DNA of 64,000 nucleotides from assembly GCA_945952315.1 (NCBI GenBank), contig CAMFIE010000011.1, forward strand, positions 51,638-115,637, written 5' to 3'. Below the pieces are notes generated by a model that ran no database searches, was not told where the DNA came from, and saw only the letters and a program-made list of their open reading frames with translations. The DNA comes from an uncultured Rhizobium sp. (GTDB lineage Bacteria; Pseudomonadota; Alphaproteobacteria; Rhizobiales; Rhizobiaceae). The position numbers and the translations under genes are program-made. This document shows, one piece after another, positions 1-9,334 of the stretch. Position 1 is the first letter of the stretch. Every line of letters starts with the position of its first letter.

Positions 1-359
1 TCGGCGCGAAATTCGGCAAGGGCGTCTATCTCGACATGACCGATATCACCGAATTCGATTGCGTCGAGGTGGGCGATTTCGTGGCGGTCAACGGTTTTGC
101 AGCGCTTCAGACCCATCTTTACGAAGACCGGGTGATGAAGATCGGCACTGTCCGCGTCGCTGAAGGCGTGACCATCGAAGCCGGTTCGACCGTGCTCTAT
201 GACAGCCATGTGGGCGCCTTCGCGCGGCTCGGACCGCTGACCATCGTGATGAAGGGCGAAAGCATTCCCGGAAATTCCGAATGGCACGGTGCGCCCGCCG
301 TCCGGCGTCAGTCCCTTTCCGGGCTGGAACTGCAACCCGTCTCCCACATCAACGGCTGA
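1..359 (+). CDS. 3'-terminal fragment of a hexapeptide-repeat (left-handed beta-helix) protein, resembling the C-terminal domain of NRPS-like enzymes; 5' end lies outside the window
   Basis: Frame-3 ORF runs off the 5' edge. The translation has imperfect [LIV]-G-x-x-x-x hexapeptide-like periodicity (VEVGDFVAVNG, VRVAEGVTIEAG, VLYDSHVGAF). A phosphopantetheinyl transferase gene follows 4 bp later, consistent with a carrier-protein enzyme. Confidence 0.4.
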   Translation, partial: GAKFGKGVYLDMTDITEFDCVEVGDFVAVNGFAALQTHLYEDRVMKIGTVRVAEGVTIEAGSTVLYDSHVGAFARLGPLTIVMKGESIPGNSEWHGAPAVRRQSLSGLELQPVSHING

Positions 360-363
360 TCCG

Positions 364-1176
364 ATGCAAGTACCCGATTTTTCAGCCCCGGCTTCCGGGG
401 AAGGGCGGAGCCTTGCCCGGGTGGAAGCGGCCCTCTTGCCGCTCGACGATCTCGACCGGGAGATGCTGGAAGCCCTTTGCAGCGAAGAAGAGTGCGCGCG
501 GCTGAAGGTCATCCGCAACCAGCCGATGCTGAAGCGCAAGCTCGCCTCCTCCGCCCTTGCCCGTGCCTTTCTCGCCTACCGGCTGGGCGGGACGGCCCGC
601 GACTGGCAGATCATTCCCGATGCCGCCGGTGCACCCCGGGCACACTGCCGCAATCGGCAAGTGCCGGTTCACATGAGCCGCAGCCATTCGGCAGGATTTG
701 CCGTCGTTTCAATCAGCGCGGATTGTCCGGTCGGTGTCGATGTGGAGCGCATCGCACCGCATGTCAGCGATCCGGGTTTTGCCGACCACTGGTTTTCCGG
801 TGAGGAGCGCGCCTTTCTGGCAGGCGCGGGCGACGACGGACAGGAGGTCGCTCGCCGCTTCTTCCGCCTGTGGACGCTGAAGGAAGCCTATCTGAAGGCG
901 CGCGGCCTCGGGTTTGCGCTGCCGCCGGAAACCGTTTCCCTGGCCAAGGCCGACGCCATGCCCTTCTTTCGCCTGCCGCCGGAGGAGCGGCAGAGCTGGA
1001 CCTTTGAAAGCCATCGGCTTGGCACGGATCATTGTCTTTCCTTCGTTGCCCGTGCGGCCGGGATCGATTTCTCCCTTCATGAAACCGGACTGGTGGATGG
1101 CGCGTTGATCTTTGCCCCCGCCGGTTCCCGCAGACTTGTCGATACGAGGACCTTTCATGCTCATCCCGAACCATGA
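364..1176 (+). CDS. 4'-phosphopantetheinyl transferase, Sfp/EntD type
   Basis: ATG at 364. Motifs GVDVERI and FFRLWTLKEAYLKARG, the (F/W)xxKE(A/S)xxK signature of PPTases. The 3' end overlaps the lpiA start by 20 nt. Confidence 0.8.
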   Translation: MQVPDFSAPASGEGRSLARVEAALLPLDDLDREMLEALCSEEECARLKVIRNQPMLKRKLASSALARAFLAYRLGGTARDWQIIPDAAGAPRAHCRNRQVPVHMSRSHSAGFAVVSISADCPVGVDVERIAPHVSDPGFADHWFSGEERAFLAGAGDDGQEVARRFFRLWTLKEAYLKARGLGFALPPETVSLAKADAMPFFRLPPEERQSWTFESHRLGTDHCLSFVARAAGIDFSLHETGLVDGALIFAPAGSRRLVDTRTFHAHPEP

Positions 1177-3754
1177 AACTTCTTCTCTTGATGCCCCTCC
1201 GCTGAAGCGCCTCCTGCAACGCTACCGGCTCTATCTGATCGCCGCTGTGATCGTCGCCTTCTTCGCGATGATCGGCGTGTCGATCTACCGGCTGACGGAA
1301 GAGGTGCGCTATGACGATGTGATCGCAGCCCTTGCCGCGACCCCGCTCACTGCAATTGCGCTCGCCATTCTCTCGACCGCCCTGAGCTTTGCGGCACTGG
1401 TATTCTATGATGCCAATGCGCTTGACTATATTGGCAAGCGGCTGCCCGCCGGCTCGATGGCGGTAGCCGCCTTCATGGCCTATGCGGTCGGAAACACCGT
1501 CGGCTTCGGGGCGCTGAGTGCCGGGGCGATCCGCTTTCGCGCCTATTCCCGCCTCGGGCTGCAGCCGGGCGAAATCGCCCGCGTCATCGCTTTCGTGACG
1601 CTTGCCTTCGGGCTCGGACTTGCGGCGGTGAGCGCACTTGCCGCCCTTGCCGTTGCGCCGCGCATCGCGGGCATTCTCGGCATCGAACCCTTCGCGTTGC
1701 GCATGCTCTCGCTCGGCCTTCTCGCGATCATGGGCTTTGTCTTTTTCCTCGGGCGCGACGGGCGCACGGTGACGCTGTTCGGCTTCACACTCGCGCTGCC
1801 GGACAGCCGCACCGCCTCGCGCCAGTTTCTCGTCACCGCCTTTGATATCGCAGCCGCGGCGACGGCGCTTTACGTGCTTCTGCCGCATGCGGGCATGAGC
1901 TGGCCGAGCTTTCTCGCGATCTATGCGACAGCGATAGGCATCGGCGTCCTCAGCCATGTGCCGGGCGGGCTCGGCGTGTTCGAAGCGGTGATGATGGCGG
2001 GGCTTTCGCATGCGATCAGCCTTGACCAGCTGCTCGGAAGCCTGCTGCTCTACCGGCTCATCTATTATGTGCTCCCGCTGCTGATTGCGGTGGCCGTGCT
2101 GCTCATCACCGAGACAAGGCAGATGGCCGCGCGTCCGGAACTGGCCGGTGTCGCACAGGTGGCGGTTCGCCTTGCGCCGCTGCTGATCTCCACGCTGACG
2201 CTGATCCTCGGCTCGATGCTGATCTTTTCGAGCGTGGTGCCGACCGGGCCGGAAAATCTCGATTTCCTTGCCGACTATCTGCCGCTGCCGATTGTCGAGG
2301 GCGCGCATTTCCTTTCCAGCATGCTGGGCCTTGCGCTGGTGGTGGCCTCACGCGGCCTTGCCCAGCGCATCGATGCCGCCTGGTATGTCGCCTTCTTCGC
2401 AAGCCTTGCGGCGCTGGTCTTCGCCTTCCTGAAAGCGATTGCGATCTATGAGGCCGCACTCCTCGGCTTCCTGATGCTGGCGCTCTTCATCAACCGCGCC
2501 ACCTTCGACCGGCCCGCGACCTTGATGAACGGGCGGCTGGGGCCAAGCTGGCTCACGGCGATGGCGATCATCGTGCTTGCCGCCTTCGTGCTGCTTCTCT
2601 TCGTCTATCGTGACACGCAATATACGCAGGAGCTCTGGTGGCAGTTCGAGTTTTCCGGCGATGCGCCCCGCGGGCTGCGGGCGCTTCTGGGTGTGACCAT
2701 AGGCGCCTCGGTGATGGCCCTCTTCAGCCTGCTGCGGCCCGCCGCCCGGCGGCCTGAAGCGCCCAAAGAACAGGATATCAACCAGGCCATCGCCATTGTC
2801 ATGGCAAGCGACAATGCCGATGCCAATCTGGTGCGGATGGGCGACAAGCGCCTCCTGTTTTCCCGCTCAGGCAAAAGCTTTCTGATGTACGGTATTCAGG
2901 GCCGCTCCTGGATCGCGCTTGCCGATCCGGTGGGCGTAGAAGAGGAGTTTCCGGAACTGGTCTGGAGCTTCATCGAAACGGCGCGAACGAGCGGTGGCCG
3001 TGCCGCTTTCTACCAGATTTCCTCGTCCCTCCTTGCCCCTTGCGTCGATGCGGGGCTCAGAGCCTTCAAGCTCGGGGAGCTGGCAAGCGTTGACCTTGAG
3101 GGGTTCGAGCTGAAGGGCGGGCGGCTTGCGGGCATCCGCCAGTCCTATAACCGGGGCTTGCGCGACGGACTGACCTTCGAACTGGTGGATACGCCTGCCG
3201 TTCCGGCCCTCATGGAAGACCTCAAGACGGTTTCCGATGATTGGCTTGCCCATCACAACACCAGCGAGAAAACCTTTTCGCTCGGCGCCTTTGATCCCGC
3301 CTATATTGCCGCCCAGCCCGTGGCCGTGGTGCGGCTTGAAGGCCGGATCGTCGCCTTCGCCACCTTGATGGTGACAGAGAGCCGGGCGGAAGCGACCATC
3401 GATCTCATGCGCTTCCTGCCGCAGGCGCCGAAGGTGACGATGGATTTTCTCTTCGTCAGCATCATCCTGCATTGCCGCGCTCAGGGATACCGGCATTTCA
3501 ATCTCGGCATGGCGCCACTTTCCGGCATGGCGCGGCGCGAGGCGGCTCCGGTCTGGGACCGGGTCGGCGCAACGCTGTTCGAGCACGGCGAGCGCTTCTA
3601 CAATTTCAAGGGTCTCAGGGCCTTCAAGGCGAAATTCCACCCGCGCTGGGAGCCGCGCTATCTCGCCGTCTCCACCGGAACCGGCGCTGCCCTTGCCCTC
3701 ATTGACGTCACCCTGCTGATCGGCGGGGGAGTGAAAGGAGTGATCTCCAAATGA
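1157..3754 (+). CDS. lpiA: Lysylphosphatidylglycerol synthase (MprF/LpiA family; N-terminal polytopic membrane flippase domain plus C-terminal aminoacyl-PG synthase domain)
   Basis: About 865-aa protein. The first ~520 aa are highly hydrophobic; the C-terminal ~300 aa soluble domain is typical of MprF. Followed by acvB with a 4-bp ATGA overlap, the conserved lpiA-acvB operon of Rhizobiaceae. ATG 1157 preferred over the TTG at 1112 reported by the track. Confidence 0.85.
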   Translation: MLIPNHETSSLDAPPLKRLLQRYRLYLIAAVIVAFFAMIGVSIYRLTEEVRYDDVIAALAATPLTAIALAILSTALSFAALVFYDANALDYIGKRLPAGSMAVAAFMAYAVGNTVGFGALSAGAIRFRAYSRLGLQPGEIARVIAFVTLAFGLGLAAVSALAALAVAPRIAGILGIEPFALRMLSLGLLAIMGFVFFLGRDGRTVTLFGFTLALPDSRTASRQFLVTAFDIAAAATALYVLLPHAGMSWPSFLAIYATAIGIGVLSHVPGGLGVFEAVMMAGLSHAISLDQLLGSLLLYRLIYYVLPLLIAVAVLLITETRQMAARPELAGVAQVAVRLAPLLISTLTLILGSMLIFSSVVPTGPENLDFLADYLPLPIVEGAHFLSSMLGLALVVASRGLAQRIDAAWYVAFFASLAALVFAFLKAIAIYEAALLGFLMLALFINRATFDRPATLMNGRLGPSWLTAMAIIVLAAFVLLLFVYRDTQYTQELWWQFEFSGDAPRGLRALLGVTIGASVMALFSLLRPAARRPEAPKEQDINQAIAIVMASDNADANLVRMGDKRLLFSRSGKSFLMYGIQGRSWIALADPVGVEEEFPELVWSFIETARTSGGRAAFYQISSSLLAPCVDAGLRAFKLGELASVDLEGFELKGGRLAGIRQSYNRGLRDGLTFELVDTPAVPALMEDLKTVSDDWLAHHNTSEKTFSLGAFDPAYIAAQPVAVVRLEGRIVAFATLMVTESRAEATIDLMRFLPQAPKVTMDFLFVSIILHCRAQGYRHFNLGMAPLSGMARREAAPVWDRVGATLFEHGERFYNFKGLRAFKAKFHPRWEPRYLAVSTGTGAALALIDVTLLIGGGVKGVISK

Positions 3755-5121
3755 TTAGACGCACTGTAATCGCAAGCCTCATCGCCCTGCTGGGCTTCAG
3801 CGCGGCAAACGCCCGGGCCGAAGATGCAAAGACCTTCGATACCGGCATGATCCCGCCCGGCCATATCTTCCTGCCGGAAGGCGAGCCGAAGGCGAACATC
3901 TTCCTGATTTCCGGCGGCGATGGCTGGACCGATGCCGAGGAGCAACAGGCCTCCGCCCTGAAGGACAAGGGGGCAACGGTGGTCGGTATCGATTTCAAGG
4001 CCTATCTCGCCAATCTCCGCAAGGATGACGGCAGCTGTGTCTACATGATTTCGGATGTGGAGGCGCTTGCCCAGCAGATGCAGCGGGCGGGCGGTGCGAC
4101 GAAATACAATCCGCCGATCCTCGCAGGCATCGGCGAAGGCGGGGCGCTGGCACTCGCCATGATCGCCCAGAGCCCGGCCGCCACCATCGGTGAGGCCATC
4201 GCGATTGACCCGGTGGCAGGCATTCCGCTTTCGAAAGTGCTTTGCACGCCGGCCACCAAGACGCCGGATGGCGACCGTACCATCTATGGCCTGACAAAGG
4301 GTCCGCTGCCGGCCCCGGTTACGGTCTTCCTCACCGGCAAGGCGGATGCGAAAGGGGCCGATCATGCGCGGTCTCTCACAACCGATCATCCGGATATCGC
4401 GATCCGCTCCGTATACGACCCTGCCGCCGCTGTGCTTTCACAAACGCTTTCGGACCGTGTCGATGCGGCAAGCGACGATGGCAACACGCTCGGCCTGCCG
4501 CTCACTGTTCTGGAGGCAAAGCCAGCACTCGACACGATGGCCGTGATCTATTCCGGCGATGGCGGCTGGCGCGACATCGACAAGCAGGTGGGCGGCGTGC
4601 TGCAGGCACGCGGCATTCCGGTGGTGGGTGTCGACTCGCTGCGCTATTTCTGGTCAGCCCGCACGCCCGATGAAACCGCCTCCGACCTCTCCCGCATCAT
4701 CGATACCTATCGGCGGCAATGGAATGTCGCGCATGTGCTGCTGATCGGCTATTCCTTTGGCGCCGATGCGCTGCCCGCCACCTTCAACCGGTTGCCCGCA
4801 GACATGAAGGCGGATGTGAGCCAGATCACGCTGATGGCGCTGACCCATGAAGCCGATTTCGAGATCTCGGTCGAAGGCTGGCTCGGCGGCAGCGGTTCTG
4901 ACCCGATCGGCGATCCGCTGACCGATATCGCAAGGATCAACCCTGCCCGCATCCAGTGCATCTATGGCAAGGATGAGGACGGCGATGCCTGCCCCGAACT
5001 CACATCCAGGGGCGTCGAGGTGATCGGGATTGATGGTGGCCACCATTTCGACGGCGACTATGAAGCGCTGACCGACAAGATCATCGCCTCCCTCAAAAAA
5101 CGGCTTGCGGCGGCAAAATAA
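3751..5121 (+). CDS. acvB: AcvB/VirJ-family periplasmic protein (lysyl-PG hydrolase family)
   Basis: RBS GAAAGGAG 6 nt upstream of ATG 3751; signal peptide MIRRTVIASLIALLGFSAANARA; two alpha/beta-hydrolase-like halves; immediately downstream of lpiA with overlapping stop/start. Confidence 0.85.
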   Translation: MIRRTVIASLIALLGFSAANARAEDAKTFDTGMIPPGHIFLPEGEPKANIFLISGGDGWTDAEEQQASALKDKGATVVGIDFKAYLANLRKDDGSCVYMISDVEALAQQMQRAGGATKYNPPILAGIGEGGALALAMIAQSPAATIGEAIAIDPVAGIPLSKVLCTPATKTPDGDRTIYGLTKGPLPAPVTVFLTGKADAKGADHARSLTTDHPDIAIRSVYDPAAAVLSQTLSDRVDAASDDGNTLGLPLTVLEAKPALDTMAVIYSGDGGWRDIDKQVGGVLQARGIPVVGVDSLRYFWSARTPDETASDLSRIIDTYRRQWNVAHVLLIGYSFGADALPATFNRLPADMKADVSQITLMALTHEADFEISVEGWLGGSGSDPIGDPLTDIARINPARIQCIYGKDEDGDACPELTSRGVEVIGIDGGHHFDGDYEALTDKIIASLKKRLAAAK

Positions 5122-5238
5122 GGCTCGTTTCGGCAGAAAAGGGAGTGAAAGTCACATTTATCACCATAATTGAACAAAACTAAGCCACACAGCCCGCCTT
5201 GATTGCACCCTCCACAGGTTCAACAACGGAGGATGGGC

Positions 5239-7188
5239 ATGGCGTATCGCAGGGGAATTCTCGCAGCACTCGTGGCTGCACTGATGGCAGGCACGGCAAC
5301 GGCTGCGGTGAACGGACCGGTCAAGGCAGTCACGCTGTCCTCCGGCGGCCTTGCCGAGGTGATCCGCGAGGCGGATGTTTCGGCCGACCGGGAAATTTCA
5401 ATCGACGTGCCGCTCGACCAGATCGATGATGTGCTGAAAAGCCTTGTCGTTCGTGACGAAAAGGGCGCGGTGAAAAACCTGTCGCTGGCGGGACCCAATC
5501 CGCTGGAAGAAACCTTCCGCACCCTGCCCTTCAAGCCGGATGACCTGACATCGATGCCGCGGCTTCTCTCCTCGATCAAGGGAACCCGCATTCGCGCCGG
5601 TGAACGGGAAGGTGTGATCCTCGGCGTCAGCGAAACCGGCTCCGATGACAAGCAGCAGGTCTGGCAGCTGTCGCTGATGAGTGATAACGGCGAGATCGCC
5701 ATGGTGGAACTGCCCGGCACGAAAATCGAGATCGTCGATCCGGCCATGCGCGACAAGCTGGCGAAAGCCATGGGCGTGATCGCCAAGGGCAACGCGGACG
5801 GCGCCCGCACCGTAACGGTCAGGCTGGATGGCGAGGGAAGCCGCAAGGTCGCGATTTCCTACGTGGTCCCGACGCCGATCTGGAAAACCACCTATCGCCT
5901 CGTCACCGGCGATGACGGCACGGTTCGCCTGCAGGCCTGGGCCGTGTTTGAAAACGCCTCCGGCGAGGACTGGAAGGATGTGGCCGTCACACTCTCCTCC
6001 GGCCGCCCGGTCACGCTGCGGCAGAACTTGCACCAGCATTTCTGGCGGCAGCGCACGGAAGTTCCGGTCGACAATGGCTTTCAACGGCTTCAGGCCCCGT
6101 TTCCCCTTGCCCTTGAGGATGCCGTTGGCGGGCAGGCGTTTGGCGCTGCCAAGCGTGAAGCCGAAAGGGCCATGCGGCCCGCGGCAGCGCCCATGGCCGA
6201 AGCCTCGTTTGAAATGGCCAGAGCCGAACAGGCAGACGCGACAGAGGGCGATATCACCTCCCGCTTTGCCCTCAATGGCACCTTCGACGTGCCGAATGGC
6301 GACACGGTTTCCGTCCCGATCCTCGACAAGGGGGTGAAAGCGGAAATGGTCTCCCTCTACAGCGCAGGTCAGGCCAGCCGCTTTGCCGATGCGGCGGCGA
6401 TGATCGAAAACACCTCCGGCATCAGCCTGCCAGCCGGCATTCTCACCGTCTATGACGGCAAGGCCGGATATGTGGGTGACGCCAGCCTGAACGGCCTGCC
6501 GACCGGCGAGGAACGCGCCGTGCGCTTTGCCGCCGATCAGAAGGTCAGCGTGACGGAGGAGGTGGACAATGGCCGCGAAATCACCGCCATCACCGTCAGC
6601 GATGGCATGATCCACGCAAAATCGCTGATCCGCGACACCACGACCTATCACGTCAAGGGCGCAAATGATGGCGAGCGCACGGTGCTGATCGAGATCCCGA
6701 AGCGGGACGGCTCGACCTTCGACGGTGGTGATGCCGCCGTAAAGCCGACCGCGACCGATTACCGCCTGAAGGTGACACTCGCGAAGGGCGAGGAAAAGGC
6801 CCTCACCGGACGGTTCGAGACCGTGCAGGAGGAAAGCTTCGGGCTTGTCGATGCCAGTGCCCAGGATATCCTCAACTGGCAGTCGGCGGCAGCCGATCCC
6901 GATATCAAGGCCAAGCTCGAAACGCTGGCCAAGGCGCGCAAGGACCAGGCGGATGCACAAAACCAGCTCGCCGCGCTCGATACCGAATATGAACGGGTCT
7001 CCGATGATCAGGTCCGCGTGCGCGGCAATCTTGCGGTCGTCAGCGGTGGCGATACGGGCGCCCGGTTCGACAAGCTTCTGAACGATCTGCAAACCCAGCT
7101 GGAGGAGATCGAAACCCGCCGCATTGAACTGCGCAAGACGATCGAGGACTTCAATGCACAGGTCGGAGAGATCATCCGCACCTTCTGA
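5239..7188 (+). CDS. Secreted DUF4139/DUF4140-family protein (mucoidy-inhibitor MuiA-like) with C-terminal coiled coil
   Basis: ATG 5239 is 6 nt after GGAGG. Signal peptide (ILAALVAALMAGTATAAVNG). C-terminal ~120 aa is heptad-rich (KAKLETLAKARKDQADAQNQLAALDTEYERV...LQTQLEEIETRRIELRKTIEDFNAQ). Confidence 0.6.
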   Translation: MAYRRGILAALVAALMAGTATAAVNGPVKAVTLSSGGLAEVIREADVSADREISIDVPLDQIDDVLKSLVVRDEKGAVKNLSLAGPNPLEETFRTLPFKPDDLTSMPRLLSSIKGTRIRAGEREGVILGVSETGSDDKQQVWQLSLMSDNGEIAMVELPGTKIEIVDPAMRDKLAKAMGVIAKGNADGARTVTVRLDGEGSRKVAISYVVPTPIWKTTYRLVTGDDGTVRLQAWAVFENASGEDWKDVAVTLSSGRPVTLRQNLHQHFWRQRTEVPVDNGFQRLQAPFPLALEDAVGGQAFGAAKREAERAMRPAAAPMAEASFEMARAEQADATEGDITSRFALNGTFDVPNGDTVSVPILDKGVKAEMVSLYSAGQASRFADAAAMIENTSGISLPAGILTVYDGKAGYVGDASLNGLPTGEERAVRFAADQKVSVTEEVDNGREITAITVSDGMIHAKSLIRDTTTYHVKGANDGERTVLIEIPKRDGSTFDGGDAAVKPTATDYRLKVTLAKGEEKALTGRFETVQEESFGLVDASAQDILNWQSAAADPDIKAKLETLAKARKDQADAQNQLAALDTEYERVSDDQVRVRGNLAVVSGGDTGARFDKLLNDLQTQLEEIETRRIELRKTIEDFNAQVGEIIRTF

Positions 7189-7196
7189 TCATGGCT

Positions 7197-7231
7197 CCCC
7201 GCCCGGTTTCAGCACGCTGCGCCGGGCGGGG
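7197..7231 (+). terminator. GC-rich stem-loop (CCCCGCCCGG ... CCGGGCGGGG) just after the DUF4139 gene; no U-tract, followed by A-rich run
   Basis: 10-bp perfect inverted repeat with a 15-nt loop, 9 bp after the stop codon; lacks the canonical T-run on the + strand. Confidence 0.25.
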
Positions 7232-7254
7232 CAAAAAGCTGAACGATTGTCAGT

Positions 7255-7400
7255 TTCGGCCTCTGTCCCACGCCATGGCACAGGGAATGTATCCTGCTGA
7301 AACATATAAATTTTTTCAGAAGTCATTTTCCTTCGAAAATCGTCCATGCTGTTTAAATTTATTTATATTTTATGCCCATATACTATTCGCGTGGGTCAGG
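7255..7400. promoter_or_regulatory. About 140-bp AT-rich tract (much lower GC than the flanking DNA) upstream of hypothetical gene 7505..8131; candidate promoter / nucleoid-protein (MucR/Ros-type) binding region
   Basis: Sequence aacatataaattttttcagaagtcattttccttcgaaaatcgtccatgctgtttaaatttatttatattttatgcccatatactattcgc stands out against about 60% GC flanks. Confidence 0.3.
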
Positions 7401-7504
7401 AACATGGTTGGACGGGCAGGCTTTTCGAAGAGAGCCGCCGCGCGCGCCGTTCAGGACCCCAGGGACAGAGCCAGAAAACCGTTTTCAAGCGACCAAGACA
7501 AGCC

Positions 7505-8131
7505 ATGACACACGCGCAAACCAACACCCCCTCACAGCCGCAGGCGCAGAACCTGACCCGGCTGGACCGCTGGGTCGGTCTGGATGACGGCTCGCCGATG
7601 CGTTTCGTCGAGCTGACGCAGGACATGCTGAAAATCTTGAAGCCCGAGGAAATCCACAAGCTCACGGTCGCCAATCTGACGATCATGGGGCAGTCGGAGA
7701 TCGGCCAGATCACCAAGGTGCTGCCCTCCAACAGCAAGCTTCGCCAGCCGAAGGCCCTGCGGCCTTCGACACTGAAGGGCCTCCCCTATCTCGGCTCGTG
7801 CAAGATCGGCGAGGTGCTGTTGCGCGAACAGGGCGGCCAGTTCGTCGTGAACCAGATTTTCATGTCGAATTTCGAGGCCGAGATCGACACGGGTGCCGAA
7901 GAGGACCTGTTCGTCGGTGTTTCGAAAGAGGTGAGCAACCGCCCTCGCATGTTCTACGGTCTGAATGTGATTGTCGACCGTGTCGGCCAGCCTGTGGGCT
8001 TCGATTTGAACAGCGGCCGCAAGGGACTTGTGTTCCAGACCCGTGACAAGGCCGAAGCCATCTGGCATATCGCAGCCGCCGCCACCAACCAGTCGATCGA
8101 GGCCCTTCGCGCCAAGGCGAAAGCCCGCTGA
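7505..8131 (+). CDS. Hypothetical protein (208 aa), no recognisable domain
   Basis: Normal-GC ORF with good codon usage starting MTHAQTNTPSQPQ. The track ORF 7346..8131 extends the N-terminus through the AT-rich tract, which is implausible. Protein is mixed-charge and soluble, without signal peptide. Confidence 0.55.
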   Translation: MTHAQTNTPSQPQAQNLTRLDRWVGLDDGSPMRFVELTQDMLKILKPEEIHKLTVANLTIMGQSEIGQITKVLPSNSKLRQPKALRPSTLKGLPYLGSCKIGEVLLREQGGQFVVNQIFMSNFEAEIDTGAEEDLFVGVSKEVSNRPRMFYGLNVIVDRVGQPVGFDLNSGRKGLVFQTRDKAEAIWHIAAAATNQSIEALRAKAKAR

Positions 8132-8638
8132 AGGCATTTTGCCGCCGCTTGCCCTCCGTGGCTGATTCGCCCGGAAAGCCGGCGCGGACCGATGCTGTTG
8201 CAACTTTCAGGAAATTGATTTCCCCCGCTGGTTTAACAGGCCGGCCCGAAATGCGTCGGGCTGGGCGCCTGCAGACAGTAGAATTCGGCTATTAGCCCCC
8301 CGGATTGATGACCAGAATGGTTGATCGCACTACAATTGCGCCCGGCAGAACTGGTGTATCATTAACACCTTCATAACAATGAGGGTATTTCTACCATGCT
8401 TGCTTATCGCGGCATTAGCTATTAACTGCGAAATATCATCTAACAAAACAAGGACTAACCGGCCGGAAAGAGCCGGAAGTCTGGCCAGAAAGCAGACGCG
8501 GTTTTTCCGGCAGAACATGCGCAAGATAACTGCCCAAAACGCAGGTTCTCAGGCATGATGGCATTAAGAAATATCAACGGTGGGGCACACGGGTTTTTTC
8601 CGGCATCTGTACAACGAGATGCAAATTGTTTGTAAAGA

Positions 8639-9331
8639 TTGCAGGGCATGAGCTTTAACACGATTTGCCAGAAACTCATTGATGCCTGGGTCGCAACGCG
8701 CCCGGAAGTGGTTTCTACGCCTGAGGAAATCTATCAGTCCGTCGTCTCGATGTTGCCGACCCGTGCCCGGCTGACCGTGTTCTACACGTCCGATCCGTCG
8801 CCGAAGGAATGGATCCTCTCCACCGTCAAGCATTCGCGCATCACCGCCCGCATCCTGAACCTCGATACGATTTTCGCAGGCGGAAAGCTCGGCGAGCTGC
8901 GCGACCAGACCTATGTGGAAGAGGCGGTCCTGCCGCAATATCTGCGTGCCATGGAACGCAAGCAGCCGACGCTCGACAGCGTGGTCACCAAGATCCTTGG
9001 CGTGCGCGTCACCTATGACCGCATCATCCTGCCGCAGAAGACGCCGGGCCGTCCGGAATGGCTGGTTGTGTGCACCTATGGCAAGTTCATGGCGAAGGTT
9101 CCGGCGACCCAGCTCGACCTCGACCCGACAGACGAGGCCATCGTCCTTGCCCTCATCGACGGCAAGACCAGCAAGGAAATCGCGCTGGAAGTGGGGTTGT
9201 CGCACCGCACGGTCGAACACCGGCTCGACCGGATGAAGAAGCAGATCGGCGCCCGCTCGCTGCCGCATCTGAGCGCGCTTTTCGTCTGCGCCGGTTTTGA
9301 CCGGACGATCCGCTTCAAGGATCAGCCGTAA
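8639..9331 (+). CDS. LuxR-family transcriptional regulator (C-terminal LuxR/FixJ-type HTH; N-terminal about 160-aa putative ligand/autoinducer-binding-like domain)
   Basis: C-terminal DEAIVLALIDGKTSKEIALEVGLSHRTVEHRLDRMKKQIGARS is a canonical LuxR-type HTH. Preceded by a 500-bp non-coding, relatively AT-rich region (8140..8638). Alternative start at 8648 (MSFNT). Confidence 0.7.
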   Translation: MQGMSFNTICQKLIDAWVATRPEVVSTPEEIYQSVVSMLPTRARLTVFYTSDPSPKEWILSTVKHSRITARILNLDTIFAGGKLGELRDQTYVEEAVLPQYLRAMERKQPTLDSVVTKILGVRVTYDRIILPQKTPGRPEWLVVCTYGKFMAKVPATQLDLDPTDEAIVLALIDGKTSKEIALEVGLSHRTVEHRLDRMKKQIGARSLPHLSALFVCAGFDRTIRFKDQP

Positions 9332-9334
9332 GGC

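Noticed and set aside
764-2308. 514-aa antisense ORF inside lpiA
   Set aside because: Arg/Gly/Glu-rich low-complexity translation typical of a reverse-frame shadow in high-GC DNA; the opposite strand encodes a well-supported MprF-type protein.
5398-7092. 564-aa antisense ORF opposite the DUF4139 gene
   Set aside because: Shadow ORF; no motifs, biased composition, fully contained in a better-supported gene.
7346-7504. N-terminal extension of the hypothetical gene through the AT-rich tract (track ORF 7346..8131), and overlapping ORF 7191..7508
   Set aside because: The extension is translated from AT-rich DNA with atypical codon usage (MLFKFIYILCPYTIRV); the ATG at 7505 begins normal-GC coding sequence.
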